Positions 50,997 to 64,000 of a stretch of DNA of 64,000 nucleotides are shown one piece after another; positions within the stretch are counted from its first letter, which is position 1, and each line of letters opens with the position of its first letter. Source of the stretch: Octopus sinensis (lineage: Eukaryota); the NCBI RefSeq assembly GCF_006345805.1, contig NC_043003.1:106950001-107014000 (forward strand), written 5' to 3'. The notes beneath the pieces are model-generated. The model saw nothing but the letters and a program-made list of their open reading frames with translations. It searched no databases and was not told where the DNA came from. Both the position numbers and the translations under genes were made by a program.

Positions 50997-52376
50997 ACCT
51001 CCATACATTTTCATTTGAAGACACAAATGAGAAATCTATTGATGAGTGTAGGGGGTGGGGGTAGTATTAAGCTCTCTCTATTCCTTTCAGTCAAAGATGG
51101 TAAGGGGGAAGTCTCTGGGCACTGTTCTTCTTGTTGGAATTGGAACAGGAATAGTGGTGAGGGAGGGAAAGCCGAAAGGCCAGGTTCAGAGAGGTCATCT
51201 CTTTTTTTTCTTTTTCTTTTTCTTTTTTTCTTCTTTTTTTTTTAGCTATGTAACGTATGTTTGGAAGCTTGCAAAATTCTAGGTAGATATTGAATTGTTG
51301 ACATTATTGATTTAGCTAAAAAAAAAAAAAAGAAGAAGAAAAAGAGAAAAAGAAAAAAAAGAGATGACCTCTCTGAACCTGGCCTTTCGGCTTTCCCTCC
51401 CTCACTACTATTCCTGTTCCAATTCCAACAAGAAGAACAGTGCCCAGAGACTCCATCTGCCAAACTGTAAAGTTACAGAATGTACACTCATCAACACTGA
51501 TTGTCAAGTGGCAGTGGAAGTACACACACACACACACACACACAGATGATGAGCTTTTTTCAGTTTCCATCTACCAAATCCATTCACAAGGCTTTGGCCA
51601 GCCTGAGGCTATAGTTAAAAGACACTTGCTCAAGGGGCTGTGCAGTGGGACTGAACCCAGAATCGTGTGGTTGGGAAGCAAGCTTCTTAATACACAGCCA
51701 CACCTGTGCCTGGCTGATTCTAATGCATTGCAACATTACCATTTTCTCAATTCCTTTCTCAAACTCATATTTTCTGCACTGAATCTGAATTATTCCCAGC
51801 TTTGTTTTCTTTGTATTCGAAGCTGCTGGGAGCCTTTTACCCTGACTTCGAAACCTTAATGTGTTATGTAGTTTCACAAATTGGATATATAACCCCAATA
51901 CTATTTACCTGTTTCTATGCAAAGTGAATATCTTTTGTCATCAACAAAAGACAGCACTTAGATCTTAAGATAGATGGATAAAAATCAATAATGTCAACAA
52001 TTCAATATCTACCTAGAATTTTGCAAGCTTCCAAACATACGTTACATAGATAAAAAAAAAAAGAAGAAAAAAAAAAGAAAAAGAAAAAAAAGAGATGACC
52101 TCTCTGAACCTGGCCTTTCGGCTTTCCCCCCCCCCTCACCACCATTCCTGTTCCAATTCCAACAAGAAGAACAGTGCCCAGAGACTTCCCCCTTACCATC
52201 TTTGACTGAAAGGAATAGAGAGAGCTTAATACTACCCCCACCCCAACCCCACACTCATCAACAGATTTCTCCCCACCCCCACCCCAACACTCATCAATAG
52301 ATTTCTCCCCTACCCCCACCCCCACACTCATCAACAGATTTCTCATTTGTGTCTTCAAATGAAAATGTAAGGAGGT
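50997..52376. repeat. Complex inverted duplication/triplication
   Basis: 50997-51313 is inverted at 51982-52376, and 51110-51247 is also inverted at 51314-51452. Confidence 0.93.
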
Positions 52377-53364
52377 TTAATGAAATCTAAGAGGCTGCTT
52401 TCTCATTCTCCATCTCCAATTTAACTCTTAATCTTTTTCCTTTTCCTCTCTCATTCGTTTCAGTCATTAAGACTGCGGCCATGCTGGGGCACCACCTTGA
52501 ATATAGGACGGAGCAGTTTGGCAGGAAACTTTCAGTCCAAAAGAGAGATGGAATCCCCACAGGCAGGTAACTTTGTGCCGCGAATGGTTTGCTGGTGTCA
52601 AGAGTAACAATGACAAGAAACAAACTTTCAGCTATGAAATCGGACGTTTGGTCCCCTACCGAGTGAAGACCCTGAATGAGGGAGTCTCCCGACAGACAAA
52701 GCAGCCAGATCTCCCTCACCAACTTGAAAAAGGGACAGAAATACTAGATAATATGGTCATGGACATATAATCTTTGATGGGATGGTCAAGGTTGATGATG
52801 ATATATATATATCGTGGCAGATATCAGTGGCATGCAAATGACACCTGTACTGGTGGCACGTAAAAGGCACCCATTACACTCTTGGAGTGGTTGGCATTAA
52901 GAAAGGCATCCAGCCATAGAAACCATGCCAAGTCAGACGGGAGTCTGATGCAGTTTTCCAGCTTGCCAGCCTTCGTCAAACCATGCAACCCATGATGATG
53001 ATGATGATATATACATACACACACACACACATATATATATGCAATATACACACATACATACATATATACATGTGTGCGTGCATTTGTTGTTGGCCCAATG
53101 TAATGGTTCTCAAAAAGTGGGGATATCTCAGTGTGAAGCAGATAATTAAAAATATAATTTAAGCCTTAGAAAATCTATATCAATGTTTGGGAATCTAGGA
53201 AAATGTTATTTATAATTTTGTTAGACACAAGTACTGTAAATAAGAGAAGGTAAGCTATAATTTTCTGTATTTTCTCTACAGTTTTAACTGTTCAAAATAT
53301 ATTTTATCCGTTAACTTTCCATGCAAAATGTACCAGTGATTATTAACTTCCCAGATCCTCATAA

Positions 53365-54200
53365 TCATCATCATCGTCGTTTAACGTCTGCTTTCCATGC
53401 TGGCATGGGTTGGATGATTTGACTGAGAACTAGCGAGCCAGATGTCTGCACCAGGCTCCAATCTGATCTGACAAAGTTTCTACAGCTGGATGCCCTTCCT
53501 AACGCCAACCAATCTGAGACCGTAGTGGGTGCTTTTACGTGTCACCGGCACTAGGGCAGTCAGGCGATACTGGCAATGGCCAAGCTCAAAAGGTGTTTTT
53601 TACGTGCCACCTGCACAAGAGTCAGTCCAGCAGCACTGGCAACGATCACACTCGAATGTTGTTTTACATGTGTCACCAGCACATGTGCCAGTAAGGCGAT
53701 GCTGGCAATGATCATGCTCAAATGGTGCTTTTTACATGCCACTGGCATTGGAGCCAGTCAGTGGCCCTGGCAACAATCACGTTCAGATGGTACTTTTAAC
53801 GTTCACTGGCATGAGTGCCAATCATGCGGTACTGTCATCGGCCAATATCAGCAATTTTGATTTCATTTGCCTCAATAGGTCTTTGCAAGCAAAGTTTATT
53901 GTCCAATGAATGAAGGGTACTCATAAGTGGGCTGGTTACACCCACTGGCATAGGCCATGGGCTGTGGTCTCACTTGGCTTGTCGGGTCTTCTCAAGAACA
54001 GCATATCTCCAAAAGTCTCGGTCACTAGTCATTGCCTCGGTGAGGCCCAATATTCGAAGGTCATGCTTCATCACCTCTTCCACAGGTTCCCTCAACTTCT
54101 AGGGTCTGACACTCTTTCACACAACTGTCCTCATCCATTCGCAACACATGACCATACCAGCGCAGTCGTCTCTCTTGCACACTACATCTGATGCTTCTTA
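53365..54200 (-). mobile_element. RTE LINE C-terminus plus 3' UTR
   Basis: LRSIRCSVQERRLRWYGHVLRMDEDSCVKECQTLEVEGTCGRG, followed by about 5 motif units and a (GAT)n tail. Confidence 0.88.
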
Positions 54201-54953
54201 AAGTACAATAATTATTGAAGGATAAGAGAGTGAGGCTGGCTCTGTACAAAACACACCCATAAGAATAATAGAACCCTGCTGCCTTGTTGCGTAATTTACT
54301 GAATGTTTGAAAAAAAGGCTAAGGGAGTGATCCCTTACGGAAAACCTGGAGGGAGAGACCTTAACGTAGACACGAACACTGCAGGGAGTTATTATCATCA
54401 TTTAATGCTTGTTTTCTGTGCTGGATGGGTCGGATGGTTTGAGAGGAGCTGACAAAGCTGGGAGGTACCCGGTTCCAATGTCAGTTTTGGCATAGTTTCT
54501 ATAGCTGGATGCCCTTCCTAATACCAACCACTTTACAGAGAGCATGAGTAATTATTTATGTAGCACCATCACCAGTATTTTTTATGTGGCACCATCACCA
54601 CTACTTTTTATGTGGCACTATCTCCAGGGCTTTTTATGTGGCACTATCTCCAGGGCTTTTTATGTGGAATCATCACCACTGCTTTTTATGTGGCACCATC
54701 ACCAGAGCTTTTATGTGGCACCATCACCACTGCTTTTTACGTGGCACCATCACTACTGCTTTTTATGAGGGTGCAGTAATTAATTCTGCATTTTTACCTC
54801 CAGTGCATCACAAAACAAAGAAGATTCAGAAGTATTGGTTTGAAGTGTAAGAAAACAGCTTTAACATACTTGTATGGAGATGGAGAGCATTTAAATGATG
54901 GCAATTGGATAATGAAGTGATGAGCAATCATCCTTAGGAAGCAAGAGAAGAGG

Positions 54954-55053
54954 NNNNNNNNNNNNNNNNNNNNNNNNNNNNNNNNNNNNNNNNNNNNNNN
55001 NNNNNNNNNNNNNNNNNNNNNNNNNNNNNNNNNNNNNNNNNNNNNNNNNNNNN
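54954..55053. other. Assembly gap (100 N)
   Basis: Run of exactly 100 N next to a (TA)n tract. Confidence 1.
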
Positions 55054-55063
55054 TATATATATA

Positions 55064-55105
<42 letters not shown>

Positions 55106-55113
55106 CATATGTG

Positions 55114-55144
<31 letters not shown>

Positions 55145-55854
55145 ATACTTCCCAACCACATGGTCTGAGTTCATTCCCACTGTGTGGCACCTTGGGAAAG
55201 TGTCTTCTACTATAGCCTCAGATTAACGAAAGCCTTGGGAGTGGATTTGGGAAAGAGAAACTGAGAGAAGCCCATCATAATGTTGTGTGTGTGTGTGTAT
55301 CCCATTACTGCTTGACAACCAGTGCTGATGTGTTTACATCCCTGTAACTTAGCAGTTTGGCAAAAGAAACCGATAGAACAAATACCAAGCTTTAAAAAAA
55401 TTTGAACTGGGATTAATTCATTTGGCTAAAAATTCTTCAAAGCAGTTTCCCAGCATGGCCACCGTTTCATAACTGAAACAAGTAAAAGATAAAAGGTGTG
55501 TGTGTATATATATATACACATACAAATATATATATTTACATATATATGTATGTATGTATACATCATGACACTCCGTCGGTTGCGACGACGAGGGTTCCTG
55601 TTGATCCAATCAACAGAACAGCCTGCTCGTGAAATTAACGTGCAAGTGGCTGAGTACTCCACAGACATGTGTACCTTTAACATAGTTCTCAAGAGATTCA
55701 ACATGACACAGAGTGTGACAGGCTGGCCCCTTTGAAACACGGGTGCCGGAGCCTCGTGGAAATTTAGGCCTTTTTGCTACATAAACACAACTTCCCGTCT
55801 GGGAATCAAAACTGCAATCCCACTGCCCTAACCACTGAGCCATTGAACCTCCAC

Positions 55855-56114
55855 TATGTATATATGTGCATATATATATATATATATATATTGGGTTTGT
55901 ATTTGTATGTATATGTGTGTATGTGTAGGTATGTATAGGTACACATATGTATATGTATATATGTGTATATAGGGACTTGTGTGTGCATGTGTGTATGTGG
56001 ATATGTGTGTGTATGTGTGTATGTGTATGTATATATTTTTTTCGTGCGTATATGTATGTGTGGTCGTGTGTGTATATATACATGTGTGTGTGTATATATA
56101 TGTGCATATATATG

Positions 56115-56154
<40 letters not shown>

Positions 56155-56266
56155 CTATATATATGTATATATATGTATGAATATATATGTATATGTGTGT
56201 GTGTGTGTATGTATGTGTGTATGTATATGTGTGTGTGTGTATATATATACATATGTGTATATGTAT
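55855..56266. repeat. Compound (TA)n/(TG)n microsatellite
   Basis: Direct inspection. Similar tracts at 14696-15400, 25757-26150 and 62020-62440. Confidence 0.95.
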
Positions 56267-59025
56267 AATGAGAATCTCCTTATTTACCTAAAACTCTATT
56301 CTTCTATATATTTTTTTTATTCTTTTATTTATTCTTTTATCTAATTTACCACTGACTCCTTGACCACTCCCAAGTATGATATTTTTGCGCTATGCCTACC
56401 CCCAAAAAGTCCCCCACCACCACCCTTTAAAACCTGCCTAAATGTATAAATGCCAATACAATTCTTGTTAACTAGCTTCCTGATGATTTCTCTTGAATGA
56501 AACAGTTCTAGTCCTGTAGAAGCTCCTTCTATATAATAAATATATATATATATATATATAATATATTATATACATATATTATATATTATAATGTGTATAA
56601 TATATATATATAAATGGTGGTGCTCCAGCATGGTCACAGTCAAATGACTGAGACATATAAGAATATATATATTCCAGCTCTGAATAGTTATTGATTGTTT
56701 ATTTTTTGTTTTGTTTTTTTTTTCTTTTCTCCAAGATTTGGATATGTTTCACTCTGGAACAGTGTTTCCAATAAGTAAGAAAACGGAACATATCCATTTC
56801 TCCTTATTGATTTCTGATATAAGTACAAGACTTTAAAAAAAATCTGCAAGGAGTATAGTGGAATAAATTGATCGCAGGACACGCCTGGGACCTGGAGAGA
56901 TGAAAGCCAAAATGAATTCCTGTGGAATCCAAAACTAGATACGACAAGATATTTTTAGCCTGGCACCCTGCCTCCTGCTTTACCAATTCACCACCCATCA
57001 CAAATGTATTTTGAAGTTATTTTGATTTCGAATATGTTTTATGAGGAGAGGAAAAGATATTAGGTTTTTCTGGCAATGAAAAAAAAAAATGAATCCAAAA
57101 AGGGATAGAAAATAGTTGAGAACTTCAACTGGGAAATTTCTATTTGCACACATGGCTAGGCAAGTTCCTATCGACTTTTGATATAGAAACCACATGTTCT
57201 ATGCCAAAACTGTATGGCAATATGCTCCAACAATACACAGACCGTCTGTCAATGTGGATGCAATGTTGGATATATATTTTGAGCAATTCTTCAGTCTGAA
57301 GAAAAAGTTTCGAATAAGTGAAATATTAACGAGAAAGAATTCTACTTAGATTTATACACTATTTTATGGAAAACATTTTAAAGCTGAGATTTTTAAAAAA
57401 GCGCAAAATTAAGCAGATTTATATAACCTGTATTAAAGGTTAAGAGAAAATAAAGCTGCTAATCTGCAGAATAATTAATTTAATAAGTATTAATTGTAAA
57501 ATTACAACAGTTATAAGGGCGGTCGACTGACAGAATTGTTAGTGCGCCGGGCAAAAGGGTTACCAACATTTCATCCGTCTTGACGTCCTGAGTTCAAATT
57601 CCGGCAAGTCGACTTTGTCTTTCATCCTTTTTTTTGGGGGGGGGGGTCGATAAAATATGCACCAGCTGAACCCTAGCTTAGTCTCTCCCCAAAACCTGCT
57701 GGCCTTGTGCCAAAATTTAAAACCAATATTACAACAGTTACAGACAAGGAGTATCAAAAGTTGGTAGTGCCGCAGACAAAACACCATGCGGTATTAAGTT
57801 GCGTTTCCATCTACAATCGGTGAGAACACCGGAGTCGAGAGAATGAGCACAAAGTCAAGTAATAGGGTCGATATAATTGACTAAACCCTTCGCAACAATA
57901 TGACATTGGGCCTATGTTAAAAAAGAAAAATCAATATTACCCAAGTATAGAATGAATAGAGAAAATATAATAGACCGGGAGGAGAAAGAGAGGAGAGAGA
58001 TGTGAAGTCAATCAAACAGTATTAAACCTCCAGACAAAACAGAGAGAGAGAAAAAGTGTATTGGAAATGAGTAAAATGAAGGGAAGAGATGAGGAGGGAG
58101 ATTAAAAATGAAAGGCTGAGAAAGAAAAGAGATGCGAAATAGAAATTAGAAAATTAGGTGAAGGGAATTATAGAATATTGTGAAATAAAGAGGAGAGGAT
58201 TAGAGAGAATGTGACATGGAAAAAAAAAGGGAATTATCTGAAGAGAAAGAGAGAAAAGCGATAGGGATGAAAGATAAAGGAAGGCTTTAGAAAGGAAAAC
58301 ACTGCCTTGTGTGCAGAGGAAGTTTGTTAGAATAAGCAAATCTAAAATGCTGAGTGTGTGAGTAGAAACAGGTTCGACGTTGCAAAACAAGCAGAAGTCA
58401 TGTTCCTTTTAGATATTTATGAAGATAATAATATAGGGAATTATGTCAACGGAGGAGACGTGTGTGTGTGTGTGGCTGGCTGAGGGGGGTTGTGACAACA
58501 AGACAGCATTATATTCCTTTATATTCCACCATCATCTCCTCCACTTTTATTCGGTTTTCTCTTTGACTACCAAGCTACCAAGTAATTAGATTCTTCCTTA
58601 AAGTTACAATAATATCATTGAATAGTAATGTATATTATGAAAGTGAATATGGGGGGAAAGATGATAAATTTATAAACAGCTTTCAAAATATATTTATTCT
58701 TCTCGTACCATTTTATGGTTCTTTCTGAACTTCCACCATCGTGAAATAAACCATATTTATTCTTAATTTAATGAACAGAATCAGATTTTACAGGGTAGAG
58801 TTTCAGATGATTTTTTTTCAAAATAATCTATGCAGTTCAGTATCTTTATATTTCCAACATTGAAATCCAATCCCTGATTGGGGTGGGGGAAACTCTGAAA
58901 TCCTATCTCCGTGGGGACAAGTTCTTAGTCAATAACAAAATTCAGATAGTTGGGGAAGGAGGAAACAAAGAATAATCCATTCGATTATTAACTAGTTTAT
59001 ATATATATATATATGTGTGTATGTG

Positions 59026-59068
<43 letters not shown>

Positions 59069-60456
59069 ACACGCACTTACACACACAAACACACGCACCA
59101 ATTGCTTCTCACTGCGCAAAGTGGTACCAGAGAAGGGATGATGCTGGTTATGTATGAGTCAAGTAGTATTCTCTCTTTCTCACAGACTTTCATCTTCCCA
59201 CTTCCAAAATGGTCAGCAGTAATTAAAAATAAAATTGAGAAGCAAATGCTTAATTATAATTTTCCAAGAATTATAATTATGAATTTAGTTCTGGACAGAA
59301 GAAATATCAAGAATTTGAGTGGAGATAAACAGATTATTAGTGAATACAAAAAAATTTTACTCTGTAATTGAAGACATTTCGGTTATTTCTGCCGAATTTT
59401 GAGGTTTAGGTCCTATTATAAAAATATACAAAACTATCTTTTTCTTGAGATAAAAACCAATTAATTATTTAGACTCAGGTACCCTTCATTTAATTAAATA
59501 TTTGGGGTGGGTGGACTTTCTTCTGAAACAATTATGAAACAAAGTGCGAAGCTTATCTTTTTATTTCTAAGTTTTTGGAAACATGAGTTAAAGATTTTTG
59601 GCAAAACAGTAAAGTCTTAAGCTGAAGTGACAATACATAGATAGGAATAAGGTACTGTCGTACGTCTCTTCAGACCATGGATCTATCTCTAGAAAGTTCC
59701 CTGGTAATGAGGAGGGAATTATTTTTATGGAAGGCGAACAGTTACCCATGCATGCAAGTTTTCTATTTCCATGCCACTGTTTGATAGCAGTGTTTTCATA
59801 AACACACATAATATGCGTGTGTGCGGGTTTCATGCTTCCATCTATTTCGTTACATTCATATTTCAAACTATTTAGCACAAAATCTATTCGACTTTCCACC
59901 AAAAGTCATTTCCCAGCCTTCAAATTTTCATTTCCACTTTAAAAAAAAAAATGTCTTTTAACAAGCATTCTTCGAATTGATGTTAGTTCACTTCCAGTAT
60001 AGAATTAATTCAATTTTCGTCCTGGTGTGTCTACATTACGCCTCAATATTAAGTGTGTGTGTGTATGTGTGTGATAGATGAGGCTAATTTTGTACACAGG
60101 AAAGCCAAGTGACAAAAATATTTACAAAGATTCCTCCAAATTACTGGACTAGTTTAATAAATATGTTTAAAAAGTTAGAGTTATTTCCTAATTTCGTCTA
60201 ACATGTATTATTTATTATCGAGGCAATAGTTATTTATCACTAAGTTAGTAGAGAAGGGCTGAAAAAAAGAGACCTCGTCAACGAAGATAGATAAAATGGT
60301 CGAGATGCTGGGGGGATGAAGAGAGACACAAATAAACAAACGATGATGAACGAAATAGTTCGATCGATGTAGGGTAAACAGATGAATACATCGATAAATG
60401 AAAGTATCAAGCAGAGATATATTGAGATTGTTTACATATAATTTACAGCCACTTAC

Positions 60457-61037
60457 TTTCTCTTGCGTTTTGATCCTTCCACTTTATCGAGGGCCTTCTC
60501 GACACACTCGGTTAATTCAGTCCAGTCAGCATGTAGACCACAAATCCATCCAGTGGAGAAGCGACTAAATAACCAGTTCTTGTGAGACTGTGTCAAGCAG
60601 TTACATCGTTTCCTCCAGTGGACACACTCACAAGGTCTATCAACAACCAAGTTCCTAACGAGGTGTCGACCGAACGTGGAACCACCAGTTTTCTGGATGT
60701 GCAAGAACACAATTACATCTTCCTTTTCCATATCTAACTGGAAATCTCTTTGGAGATCTGAGGTGGAGAAGTTATAGGTGTCCAACGGCAGGTGAATAAT
60801 ATCACTACTCACATCAACATTACTCACAGTGTTGTTGATAATGTGGTGAAGTAAGGCGACAGGAGGGGAATGCTGTTGTAAGATGAGGGTCTGTGCGCCG
60901 AAAAAACGGTTCGGCGTGAAATTGGACGGTCCTAGGGGACAGAAATAACCAAGAACGATAACGCCAAATAACACCATACATACTGTTAAGAAGAACAACT
61001 TCCTGCACTTGACCGGTTGGTTTGGAATAAGATTCAT
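60457..61037 (-). CDS. HS6ST: Heparan sulfate 6-O-sulfotransferase, coding exon 1
   Basis: First ATG at 61037 after an in-frame TGA at 61116-61118. Type II TM segment KLFFLTVCMVLFGVIVLGYFC. 5'-PAPS-binding loop DVIVFLHIQKTGGSTFGRHLVRNL and WLFSRFSTGWICGLHADWTELTECV, both hallmarks of HS6ST. Ends at donor AA|GTAAGT (GT at 60456-60455), phase 2. Confidence 0.97.
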
Positions 61038-61852
61038 GTCTTTCGGATGCCGCAGTGGCGATTTTCTTCTTCTTCTTTCTCTGTCTGTCACAATCTCTCT
61101 CCCTTTCGCTCTCTCTCACACACACATACACCACACATGCGATCTTTTACTCTCGATCTCTCCTCTACAAGTCCGAGGAAGAGATGAGAAGATAAAACAT
61201 ACATACACGCAACAAACACGGACACCAAATGGAACCCGTTTTCAAGTCCTTCGAGGAATTAGTTCTCCAAAGAATCGTGTGAAATAAAAACCAGGGTCAC
61301 TTAGGAGGGTTAATTAGGAGGGTTTCACATAGGCAGGTGTCAGGATTAGAACTCGATGCAGAGAAAGCATGAAGCAGTGGTGAACATGAGTGACAATGAC
61401 ATTACACATCAGCAAATCCTCTGGCAGCCGCGATTATTATATCTTCCGATGTTTTACTAATTATTGTTGTGATGGTGATGGAGAGGATCTGGTAAAAAGA
61501 CTTCTTCCCTCACATCGTTTCGTGCTTCCACGCTCTCGTTTCTTCTCAATAATCTGAGATACACCTCCGATTCATGTCTCCGTTTGCCGAGATAAAATAT
61601 TCAGTTCCAACTAAAATACGATCGCCTCTTTATTCGCCGACCTTCTCCTGCCAGACACACTTCACCATGACAAGAAGCACTAAGGCTACACAAGAAACAC
61701 ATGAGTATTTCGTCATCAGTTTCTGCGTACATAAGTACACTACACTTTACGCACCACACCAGCACCGACGCTTTCATTCACTTAATCCGCTCTCGCATAC
61801 TCTCCCTGCTACTCCCCTCACGCCTTTACACTACGTCCCTCTCCGTTATTTA

Positions 61853-61887
<35 letters not shown>

Positions 61888-62010
61888 TTCTCCCCCTCTG
61901 CCTCTCTTCCTTACAATAACATCTTTTCGGTTTTCCTGTGTCTCTATTTTCAACCCAATTACGATATTATAGCTGCTTCCTCTCTTTCTCTCTCCGTCTC
62001 TCTCTCTCTC
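61038..62010 (-). promoter_or_regulatory. Putative HS6ST 5' UTR/proximal promoter with uORFs
   Basis: TE-free and visibly richer in CpG than the intron, with GA/CT tracts. uORFs at 61138-61088 (MCGVCVCERERKGERL*) and 61127-61116 (MCV*). The TSS cannot be determined from sequence. Confidence 0.45.
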
Positions 62011-62157
62011 CCTCTGCGAGCACATATGTATTTATACACACACACGCATACATACGTATACAAACACACGCATATGTGTGTATGTGTATATAAATATACA
62101 TATACATATATATGTATGTATATATATATATATATATAATATATATTTGTATGTATG

Positions 62158-62199
<42 letters not shown>

Positions 62200-62698
62200 G
62201 TGTGTGTGTTAGGTGTGTATGTTTATATATATATATAACATCATATTTGTGTATGTATGTATACATATATTTGTATGTATGTATGCATGTATGTGTATAT
62301 TATATATATAATATAATAACATATATATTATGTATATATAGATACATAGACATATGTTATAAATATATATATATATATATATATAATATATATTATATTA
62401 TATATATATATATACATATATATACATATATATAATATATATGTTGTTGTGTGTAAATATATAATGTACACGCAGGAGTAAGCTGTGTGGTGTCCCCTCT
62501 GTGTAATGTCTTCATGCCAAATATTTATGAAATAAAGTAGCTAGCTAGGCGCAAAAGTGACTGTATGGTAAGTAGCTTGCTTACCAACCACATGGTTCCG
62601 GGTTCAGTCCCACTGCGTGGCATCTTGAGCAAGTGTCTTCTACTACAGCCTCAGGCCAACCAATTTGGTAGCCGGAAACTGAAAGAAGCCCGTCATAC

Positions 62699-62730
<32 letters not shown>

Positions 62731-63292
62731 TTGTCTGTCTGTGTTTGTCCCCCAACATTGCTTGACAACTGATGCTGGTGTGTTTACGTCCCCGTAACCT
62801 AGCGGTTCGGCAAAAGAGACCGATAGAATAAGTACTAGGCTTACAAAGAATAAGCCCTGGGGTCGTCGATTTTCTCCACTAAAGGCGGTGCTCCAGCATG
62901 GCCGCAGTCAAATGACTGAAACAAGTAAAAGAGTATACATATATGTAGATGTAGATAGATAGATATAGGTATGTATATAATGTACATATATATGTATATA
63001 TATACACACACATATATATGTGTATATATACACACACACACATATATGTGTATATATATATATATACACCACACGTGTATGGTGTGTTTGTGTGTGTGTG
63101 TAAGCGCAGGTGTGGCTGTGTGGTAAGAAGCTTGCTTACCAACCACATAGATCCGGGTTCAGTCCCACTGTGTGTCATCTTGGTAAGTGCCTTCTACTAT
63201 AGTTTCGTGCCGACTAAAGCTTTGTTAATGAATTTGGTAGGCGGAAACTGAAAGAAGCTTGTCCTGTATGTATGTGTGTTTGTGTGTGCGTG

Positions 63293-63364
<72 letters not shown>

Positions 63365-63499
63365 AGTGAGTGTGTGCATGTGTCTTTATGTCAGTGTTTG
63401 TTCCCATCATCACCACCACGGCAAAAAAGACCGACTAGAAACCTCTATGACGGTGCCCCAGCATGGCCGCAGTCAAACAAGTGAAACAAGTAAGAAATG

Positions 63500-64000
63500 G
63501 GGATTTCGCCAAGCCAAGAAAAAGTTGCACGCTGCCTAAGGAAAAATGATCATGCCCTTAAGGATATTAGCAATGCCGAAGATACTAAGACCCAACTAAA
63601 CAGCTGGTGCTCAGCCAGTTGTTTTGTTGGGTTCGAGAATTCGTGCGAAGGTGGCCAGGCGTTCACCCAGATTTCAGTTCGGTCAATTTGAGCAGCGAAA
63701 GTTCAAAGCTTTGCCTACCATTTTCATCAGTGGAGGAAGCATTCAAAGCCACAGAGAAAGCGTAATCAGCACATTGCTTTTAACTGCGAATGAACGTGTG
63801 GGGCTCACCAACACGATCGTAAAGTGTGGCAGAAAATGGAAGCACCAAGATGCTGTGAAAGAAGTGGAGATATATTGGAAATGCCAGGAGATTGTCGGAG
63901 TTGTCTGTCAAGGACGCAAGGACTAGGCAACTACAGCTGCAAGAGCGAGAGAGACCGTTCATAGTGCAAAGAATCTGTGATTCAACAGAGGATGGTCACC
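63500..64000 (+). mobile_element. Degenerate HERO/R2-group non-LTR retrotransposon fragment, running off the window
   Basis: SKLCLPFSSVEEAFKAT / VKCGRKWKHQDAVKEVE...QEIVGVVCQGR, resembling the LPxSSxxEEFK..TGRKW..DIVGxVxxGRxGLG pattern; frameshifted. Confidence 0.7.

Larger units (their letters stand above)
6862..60456 (-). other. HS6ST intron, ~53.6 kb, GT-AG, phase 2
   Basis: Donor and acceptor phases match and join the two catalytic halves in frame. Length is nominal because the intron includes a 100-N gap. Confidence 0.92.

Noticed and set aside
61038-61091. N-terminal extension of HS6ST from the ORF track (start 61091)
   Set aside because: It starts at GTG. The first ATG is 61037, which gives a normal short cytoplasmic tail before the TM helix.

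Overview
AT-rich, microsatellite- and transposon-dense eukaryotic genomic DNA. The repeat families look like those of an octopus or other coleoid cephalopod; this is an inference from recognition, not a database result. One host gene spans almost the whole window on the minus strand: a two-coding-exon heparan sulfate 6-O-sulfotransferase (HS6ST, about 398 aa; exon 1 61037-60457, exon 2 6861-6246). It is split by a ~53.6-kb phase-2 GT-AG intron that contains a 100-N assembly gap. The intron holds tRNA-derived SINEs, 5'-truncated RTE LINEs, R4/Dong-like LINE ends stacked in (AAT)n tracts, Tc1/mariner relics, piggyBac- and hAT-type MITEs, two Helitron-type elements and minisatellites. A HERO-like LINE fragment lies upstream of the gene. 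The points most worth checking are: (i) a copy-number-variable array of a compact pseudoknot-like motif in the RTE 3' UTR, (ii) SINE concatemers with a recurrent junction, one inside a single TSD, (iii) Penelope-type minimal hammerhead-like motifs, and (iv) several long inverted repeats that would form dsRNA in the pre-mRNA. There is no CRISPR array and no prokaryotic-type system. Most ORFs in the supplied track are microsatellite or SINE artefacts.
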